Assembly (NCBI GenBank): GCA_963704375.1
Contig: OY969898.1
Span: forward strand, 2,207,053-2,271,052
Origin: an uncultured Solirubrobacterales bacterium
Lineage (GTDB): Bacteria > Actinomycetota > Thermoleophilia > Solirubrobacterales > Solirubrobacteraceae
Length of the DNA: 64,000 nucleotides
Reading direction: 5' to 3'
Shown: positions 59,219 to 64,000 of the stretch, piece by piece
How positions within the stretch are numbered: the first letter of the stretch is position 1
Layout of the letters: each line of letters starts with the position of its first letter
Translations under genes and position numbers: made by a program
The notes under the pieces: model-generated
Told to the model about the DNA's origin: nothing
What the model saw: only the letters and a program-made list of their open reading frames with translations
Database searches by the model: none

Positions 59219-59890
59219 GTGGCGGCGCAAGTAGTGATGCAGGCGCAAGGACAACCGGCCGGGCCGTCAAATCCCTCCGCGTCCATGCCCGCCACAGATG
59301 ACGAGATCCGCGAGAAGTACCTCGAGCGGGCAATCAGAGAGCTGAACACGCTCACACGCGACTTGCAGAGCTGCCCTCATTGCCCGCGTGGCCAGCTGAT
59401 GCCGGTGCTCGGCTCCGGCCACCCACAGGCGGACATCATGCTGCTCAAGCACGCTCCCTTGCCTTCAGAGGTCGAGGAGGGGGTCGCCTTCTACGGGCGC
59501 TCCGGCGGCGCGCTGATGAAGTCGTTTAAGCGCCTCTCGATCGATCCACTGACGGTGTACGGCACGCTGTGCGTGAAGTGTCCGCTCGCCGACGCCTCCC
59601 TGGCAGACCCGGCGTGCGTGGCCCGTGTCGTGCAGGAGATCGCGATCGTCCAGCCGCGGATCGTGGTCGTCATGGGCGCCGAGGCGCTCAGCGTCTTGAA
59701 CGATCTCGACATCCCGCTCGCACGGCCCTTGCAGCCGCGATTCGGGGAGATCCAGCAGCTGACGCCGATGGTCGACGCTTTGTATGTGCCGAACATCGAC
59801 GAGTCCCTTGATGAGCAGGACTCGAAGCGTGCCTTCTGGGCGGCGTTCCGCGCGCTTGGAGACTGGTATGCCGCGCAGCCGCCGTATTGA
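59219..59890 (+). CDS. uracil-DNA glycosylase superfamily protein (family 4/5-like)
   Basis: CPHCPRG...PVLGSGHPQADIMLLKHAP...FYGRSGGALMK...VKCP...VVVMGAEAL. Start uncertain (GTG 59219, ATG 59237 or ATG 59285). Confidence 0.65.
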   Translation: MAAQVVMQAQGQPAGPSNPSASMPATDDEIREKYLERAIRELNTLTRDLQSCPHCPRGQLMPVLGSGHPQADIMLLKHAPLPSEVEEGVAFYGRSGGALMKSFKRLSIDPLTVYGTLCVKCPLADASLADPACVARVVQEIAIVQPRIVVVMGAEALSVLNDLDIPLARPLQPRFGEIQQLTPMVDALYVPNIDESLDEQDSKRAFWAAFRALGDWYAAQPPY

Positions 59891-59923
59891 GCCACCGGCC
59901 GCAGGAGAGCCTACAATTCGGCT

Positions 59924-60119
59924 ATGGCAACAGCCCCGAAGCCCAAGCCAAGAGGCCCATGGACGCCCGAGGAGATCGCGCGCAACGAGCGCGCGCAACG
60001 AGCGCAAGTCGCGCTGGATCGCACACGAGGTGTGGCCGTTAAATCTTGAAGAGGCCGCTGCGCTAGCCCGCTTCGCTAATCGGTTCGCAGAGGCATTCAG
60101 TCATGTCAGACGTGCTTGA
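59924..60119 (+). pseudogene. small ORF upstream of the nucleotidyltransferase gene, frameshifted by a 13-bp tandem duplication
   Basis: gcgcgcaacgagc is present twice in tandem (59978-59990 and 59991-60003). Removing one copy gives a 60-aa ORF, MATAPKPKPRGPWTPEEIARNERKSRWIAHEVWPLNLEEAAALARFANRFAEAFSHVRRA*, ending 17 nt inside the next gene. Confidence 0.5.
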
Positions 60120-60591
60120 TCCGTTTCCGCTGCTGCGCGCGCTCGACAAACGTGAGGTCAAGCACATCGTGGTGGGTGGCTTTGCGGTCAACGCACACGG
60201 TTTCATACGTGTCACGAAGGACCTCGACATCGTGCCGAGCCCAAGCGATGGCAATCTCGTCAAACTGGCCGACACCTTGCGCGATCTCGATGCGACCATG
60301 CTCGACACGGGAGATTTTACGCGCGAGGAGTTGCCAGTGGACCCGACGCGCCCGGACGACCTTGCCCAAGGAGGCAACTTCTGCCTGCACACGAATCTCG
60401 GGCGACTCGACGTCATGCAATGGCTCAGTGGAGTCGACGTTGACAATCTATATGACGAGCTTAGCCCGCAAGCGCTTGAGAGCGACATCGACGGCCTCAA
60501 GGTCCGCGTGTGCGGCTTGGAGCATTTGCTGGCCATGAAGCGGGCCGCTGGCCGACCACAAGATCTCGAGGACCTCAAGCAGCTCAGCTAA
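60103..60591 (+). CDS. nucleotidyltransferase-fold protein (pol-beta superfamily, TA-associated type)
   Basis: HIVVGGFAVNAHGFIRVTKDLDIVP (GG..A...HG..R.T.D.D pattern) ... LEHLLAMKRAAGRPQDLEDLKQL. Confidence 0.7.
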   Translation: MSDVLDPFPLLRALDKREVKHIVVGGFAVNAHGFIRVTKDLDIVPSPSDGNLVKLADTLRDLDATMLDTGDFTREELPVDPTRPDDLAQGGNFCLHTNLGRLDVMQWLSGVDVDNLYDELSPQALESDIDGLKVRVCGLEHLLAMKRAAGRPQDLEDLKQLS

Positions 60592-60610
60592 CTACAACGC
60601 ACATCTTTGA

Positions 60611-61549
60611 TCAAATCGTAAGGACGATCTTGCCGAACTTGCCGCCCGCCGCGAAGCAATCGTAAGCGGCAGCTGCGTCCTCCAACGCGAACGTCTCGGC
60701 CAGGGGCACTCTGAGCGCGCCCGTTTCGAATAGCGGCAGCACCTCACGCTCCAGCACGCGCGCCGTGAGCGCCTTCTCCTCCAGCGGACGCGCACGCAGC
60801 GTGGAGCCGTGGATGCGGGCGCGCTTGCCCATCAGCGCGAGCAGGTTCAACTCGGCCTTGACGCCCGCGGAGACGCCGATCACGCAAATGCGCCCGCCGA
60901 TGCCGAGCGCGTTCAGGTCGTCGGCCACGTTTGGGGCTCCCACCAGCTCGAGGATCACATCGAATGGCCCATGCTCGGCAAAGCCCTCGGGTGCGATCAC
61001 CTCCGCGCCAAGCGCTGCAACCTCCGTTCGCGACTGCTCGCGGCGCACGGTCGCGACAACGCGCGCGCCGGCCGCCTTTGCGAGCTGGATCGCGGCGGTG
61101 CCAACTCCACCCGCCCCGCCGTGCACGAGTAGGCGCTCGCCGCTGTGCAACTCGCCTTGCGTGAACACCGCGTCATGGGCTGTCGTGAACACCTCTGGCA
61201 AGCCGCCGGCCTCGGGCCAGTCGAGCCCGGCCGGTACAGGCATCAGTTGGCGCTCGTGCACGACGGCCAGCTCGGCTTGTGCGCCACCGCCGACGATTGC
61301 CATCACGCGATCGCCGACCGCAAACCGTTCGGCACCTCGCCCAATCGCGTCGACCACACCCGCAAGCTCCATGCCGGGAATGTCCTGAGGCGAGCCGGGC
61401 GGCGCGGGATACAGTCCGCGCCGCTGCATCATGTCGGCCCCGTTCAGTCCGGCCGCGCGCACGCGCACAAGCACCTCGCCGTCCCCGGGAGCGGGGTCAG
61501 GGTGCTCCTCTAGGAGAACCTCTCCATCGCGGATCGTTGCGGCGCGCAT
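60611..61549 (-). CDS. NADPH:quinone oxidoreductase (zeta-crystallin-like MDR)
   Basis: GEVLVRVRAAGLNGADMMQRRGLYPAPPGSPQDIPGMELAGVV...LLVHGGAGGVGTAAIQLAK. Confidence 0.9.
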   Translation of the reverse strand: MRAATIRDGEVLLEEHPDPAPGDGEVLVRVRAAGLNGADMMQRRGLYPAPPGSPQDIPGMELAGVVDAIGRGAERFAVGDRVMAIVGGGAQAELAVVHERQLMPVPAGLDWPEAGGLPEVFTTAHDAVFTQGELHSGERLLVHGGAGGVGTAAIQLAKAAGARVVATVRREQSRTEVAALGAEVIAPEGFAEHGPFDVILELVGAPNVADDLNALGIGGRICVIGVSAGVKAELNLLALMGKRARIHGSTLRARPLEEKALTARVLEREVLPLFETGALRVPLAETFALEDAAAAYDCFAAGGKFGKIVLTI

Positions 61550-61561
61550 GTGGCGCGAACC

Positions 61562-62182
61562 CTACTGCGCCGCGACGGGCGGGCGAATCATCAGCCACAG
61601 TGGCGGGCTGGAACCGACGTGCAGCTCCTTTATGTGGCGGAAGCCCAAGCGCTCGTATAGCGCCGCGCTGCGCTCGCTTGAGGCCTCGATGTAGGCGGAC
61701 ACGCCCTCCCGGTCGCAGCGCTCGAGCGTGGGGCGCATCAGCGCGCTGCCGAGGCCATTGCCTTGCATATCGGGGTGCACGCCGATGTCGCGGACGTAAT
61801 AGTGGGGGCCACGGATTTCGCGCGCATGGCGCCACTCCATCGTGGCTCCCATCCTTGCCGCCCTGGGCATATGGATCCCGAAGGCACTGCCGTGCAACAG
61901 GGTGGTGCGCGGTGGCACACGCCACTTGCCTGGCGGCAATGTCAGCGCGGCTCCGGTGAGGTCGTTTGTCGTCCACACACGCCCGTGCGGCAGCGCGTAG
62001 TGACCCAGATCGAGTCCGAAGTAGCGCCGCAATTGTGCAAGCCGCTTGCCGTCTTTGGGCATCAACCAACTGAAGACCGGGTCGTCGAGAAATGCTTCCG
62101 CGAGTACCGCCTTCAAACGCCCGATGTCCTCGGCGGTCGCCGGACGCATACCTAGATCGAAAGTCGCTGGGGGCTCAGCCAT
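61562..62182 (-). CDS. GNAT-family N-acetyltransferase
   Basis: YYVRDIGVHPDMQGNGLGSALMRPTLERCDREGVSAYIEASSERSAALYERLGF. The ATG at 62182 overlaps the TetR stop by 8 nt. Confidence 0.8.
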   Translation of the reverse strand: MAEPPATFDLGMRPATAEDIGRLKAVLAEAFLDDPVFSWLMPKDGKRLAQLRRYFGLDLGHYALPHGRVWTTNDLTGAALTLPPGKWRVPPRTTLLHGSAFGIHMPRAARMGATMEWRHAREIRGPHYYVRDIGVHPDMQGNGLGSALMRPTLERCDREGVSAYIEASSERSAALYERLGFRHIKELHVGSSPPLWLMIRPPVAAQ

Positions 62183-62882
62183 TCTTTGCTCCCTTCCTTC
62201 TGGTAGCGGGCTTTTGTGGGGTGATCGCACTCTGCGGGTCGACCGCGCTCGGGTCCTGGCGTGCAAGTGCATCAAAGGCCTTGAAGATGAGTAGGAGCAT
62301 GTCCCCGAAGCGCGTGTCGGGAACAGCGTCCGGATCGACCAGCTTCGCCAAAGCCAGGCCATCGCCGAGCGCGTTGATGAGCTGCCCCACAAACTCGCCT
62401 ACATCGACATTTGGCGGGTGGCCCTGCCGCTCCGCCGCCTCCAAGAACAGGCGACCACTCGCCGAGCGAAGAGCCGCGAAGCGTGCGGCCAGGCGCTCGC
62501 GCAGCCCCTCCTCGCGGATCGCGTAGGCCCAGAACTCCATCAGCAAGGGGAAATAGTCTGGGCGCTCGCGCAGTATCTCCATCCAGTGGTCCGCCCCTCC
62601 GCGAGCCTGCTCCTCGAATGTCGCCGCCTTGGCGACGATCTGCGAGTAGTCGCCCACGTCGGTGGCGATCCGCTCCTCGAAGAGGGCGAGGAACAGATCC
62701 TCCTTGCTGGCGAAGTTCGAGTACAGCGCACCGCTTGTCGCACCGGCCTCCCGCGCGATTTCCTCGACCGAGGCGCCGTGATAGCCGCTGCGCGCAAACA
62801 CGGCTTCGGCGCTGTCGAGCAGGCGACGGCGCGTGAGCGCCTTCTGCTCATCGCGAAGCGAGGGACGAGACGTGTCTGCCAT
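62175..62882 (-). CDS. TetR/AcrR-family transcriptional regulator
   Basis: RRRLLDSAEAVFARSGYHGASVEEIAREAGATSGALYSNFASKEDLF. Confidence 0.88.
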   Translation of the reverse strand: MADTSRPSLRDEQKALTRRRLLDSAEAVFARSGYHGASVEEIAREAGATSGALYSNFASKEDLFLALFEERIATDVGDYSQIVAKAATFEEQARGGADHWMEILRERPDYFPLLMEFWAYAIREEGLRERLAARFAALRSASGRLFLEAAERQGHPPNVDVGEFVGQLINALGDGLALAKLVDPDAVPDTRFGDMLLLIFKAFDALARQDPSAVDPQSAITPQKPATRRKGAKNG

Positions 62883-62894
62883 ACGTTTTATTAT

Positions 62895-62938
62895 TTCAGA
62901 TAGTGCTCGCTATGTCAAGATAGCGAGCACTATCTGAA
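62895..62938. promoter_or_regulatory. 44-bp near-perfect palindrome upstream of the TetR gene (candidate operator overlapping a promoter)
   Basis: ttCAGATAGTGCTCGCTAT-gtcaag-ATAGCGAGCACTATCTGaa, with 19-bp arms. On the minus strand the centre reads TTGACA, and an ATAATA-like box lies 17-18 nt downstream, about 6 nt before the ATG. Confidence 0.6.
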
Positions 62939-62950
62939 GACTACGCCGAC

Positions 62951-64000
62951 CTACACCCGCTCCAACAAAGCCACGCACTCAATATGAGGCGTCTGCGGGA
63001 ACATGTCCACGGGCCTCACCTTGATCAGTCGCCAACCAGCCTCCACGAGCTGTGCCGCATTGGGCGCGAGTGTGGTGGGGTTGCACGATACGTACACAAT
63101 CCGCCTGGGCGAGGCGTCGATTATGCGTCGCACAACCTTCTGGGAGAGGCCCGCGCGCGGCGGGTCGACGACGACCACGTCCGGCTTGCCGGCACGCTCG
63201 ATCAGCTCGGGCAGGGCCAGGCGCGCGTCGCCCGCGAAGAAGTGGGCGTTCGTGACGTCGTTGCGCTTGGCGCCCGCGATCGCGTCGGCGACGGCCTGTT
63301 CGACGATCTCGATCCCCCACAGCTCGCCGGCACGCGAAGCGAGCGTGAGCGCGATCGTGCCGATGCCGCAATACAGGTCATACACGCGCTCCCACCCCTC
63401 CAGGGCGGCGTAGTCGGCGACGATCCCATACAGCACCTCGGCCATCTCGGTGTTGGTTTGGAAGAACGCTTCGCAGGAGATGCGCAGGTCCAGCTCCCCC
63501 AAGCGCTCGGGCAGCTCGGCCTCGCCCCATACAAGCTCGGTCTCGCCACCGGCGGTGGTCTCCGCGAGCGAGGAGGAGCGTGTCCACAGCACACCGCTGA
63601 GCGTGTCCTCGCCAAGCTCGGCAAGTAGCGCCGCGGCAAACGCGCCGGCCTCCAGCTCGCCGTCGGTGCTGACGAGGCGAATCTGAAGCTTGCCACTGTG
63701 GCCGCCTTCGCGCACAACGAGGTTGCGCAGGAACGGTCGCCCGTCGGGGGCAGGGCCAGTGCGCTGCTCACGGGAGCGGCGCACATCCTCGCGAGCATTC
63801 GCGTCGAGCGGCTGCTCGTGCTCCTCGGCGCGGGCGCGCCCGCCGCCTGGGCGACCTCCACGACTCCACGCATGCAGCTCCTGCTCGCGACACCAACGCA
63901 ACGCCGCTTCCCGCGCACGGTTGCCACGCTCGGAGGCAAGCAGGCAATCCTCGATCGGCTCAACCATGTTCCAGCCCGACGGCGCGTGAAAACCGCACAC
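62951..64000 (-). CDS. SAM-dependent RNA (uracil-5)-methyltransferase, RlmD/TrmA family; N-terminus lies outside the window
   Basis: FFQTNTEMAEVLY...DLYCGIGTIALTLA...VVVDPPRAGL...VYVSCNPTTLA...DMFPQTPHIECV. Confidence 0.88.
   Translation of the reverse strand: MCGFHAPSGWNMVEPIEDCLLASERGNRAREAALRWCREQELHAWSRGGRPGGGRARAEEHEQPLDANAREDVRRSREQRTGPAPDGRPFLRNLVVREGGHSGKLQIRLVSTDGELEAGAFAAALLAELGEDTLSGVLWTRSSSLAETTAGGETELVWGEAELPERLGELDLRISCEAFFQTNTEMAEVLYGIVADYAALEGWERVYDLYCGIGTIALTLASRAGELWGIEIVEQAVADAIAGAKRNDVTNAHFFAGDARLALPELIERAGKPDVVVVDPPRAGLSQKVVRRIIDASPRRIVYVSCNPTTLAPNAAQLVEAGWRLIKVRPVDMFPQTPHIECVALLERV

Overview
This is a high-GC chromosome segment: spot counts of 60-nt lines give about 70-75 % G+C. 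The gene content looks actinobacterial, possibly Thermoleophilia/Conexibacter-like, but that is a guess and I could not verify it. All product calls come from reading motifs in the supplied translations; no database search was possible.

Core content:
- A long minus-strand purine cluster: purB, purC, purS, [vapB-vapC], purQ, purL, purF, a tRNA, purN, purH. It is followed by a DrrAB-like ABC exporter and a PadR regulator. A GYD-domain gene and purE lie on the plus strand.
- The dnaK-grpE-dnaJ-hspR-clpB heat-shock operon.
- An inositol-lipid cluster: PAP2/IPC-synthase-like protein, CDP-alcohol phosphatidyltransferase, myo-inositol-1-phosphate synthase, and a GT4-N/PHP fusion protein.
- A MerR/P450/SDR group, plus housekeeping oxidoreductases, GNATs, TetR regulators and an RNA methyltransferase.

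Accessory content:
- A decayed 2.4-kb integrative island at tRNA-Arg(ACG), bounded by a perfect 43-bp direct repeat. It carries a truncated integrase and an AbiE pair.
- An adjacent cassette: HicB-like gene, F420-type nitroreductase, a 2-domain AAA ATPase and an XRE regulator.
- A clearly lower-GC two-gene operon for giant secreted proteins (1057 and 1168 aa). Upstream is an unusual 590-bp region containing an (AG)11 microsatellite fused to a perfect hairpin.
- A second lower-GC block (about 37.7-43.1 kb) with collagen-like GXY proteins, a repeat-domain adhesin, decayed paralog remnants and a HicA/HicB-like pair.
- A vapBC module embedded inside the pur operon.

Several genes look frameshifted: abiEii, the adhesin, clpB, a small ORF hit by a 13-bp tandem duplication, and possibly two more. 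Either there is real gene decay or the assembly carries indel errors.

I saw no rRNA, CRISPR array or transposase. I found no single unmistakable novel system. The best candidates are listed as findings with explicit uncertainty.
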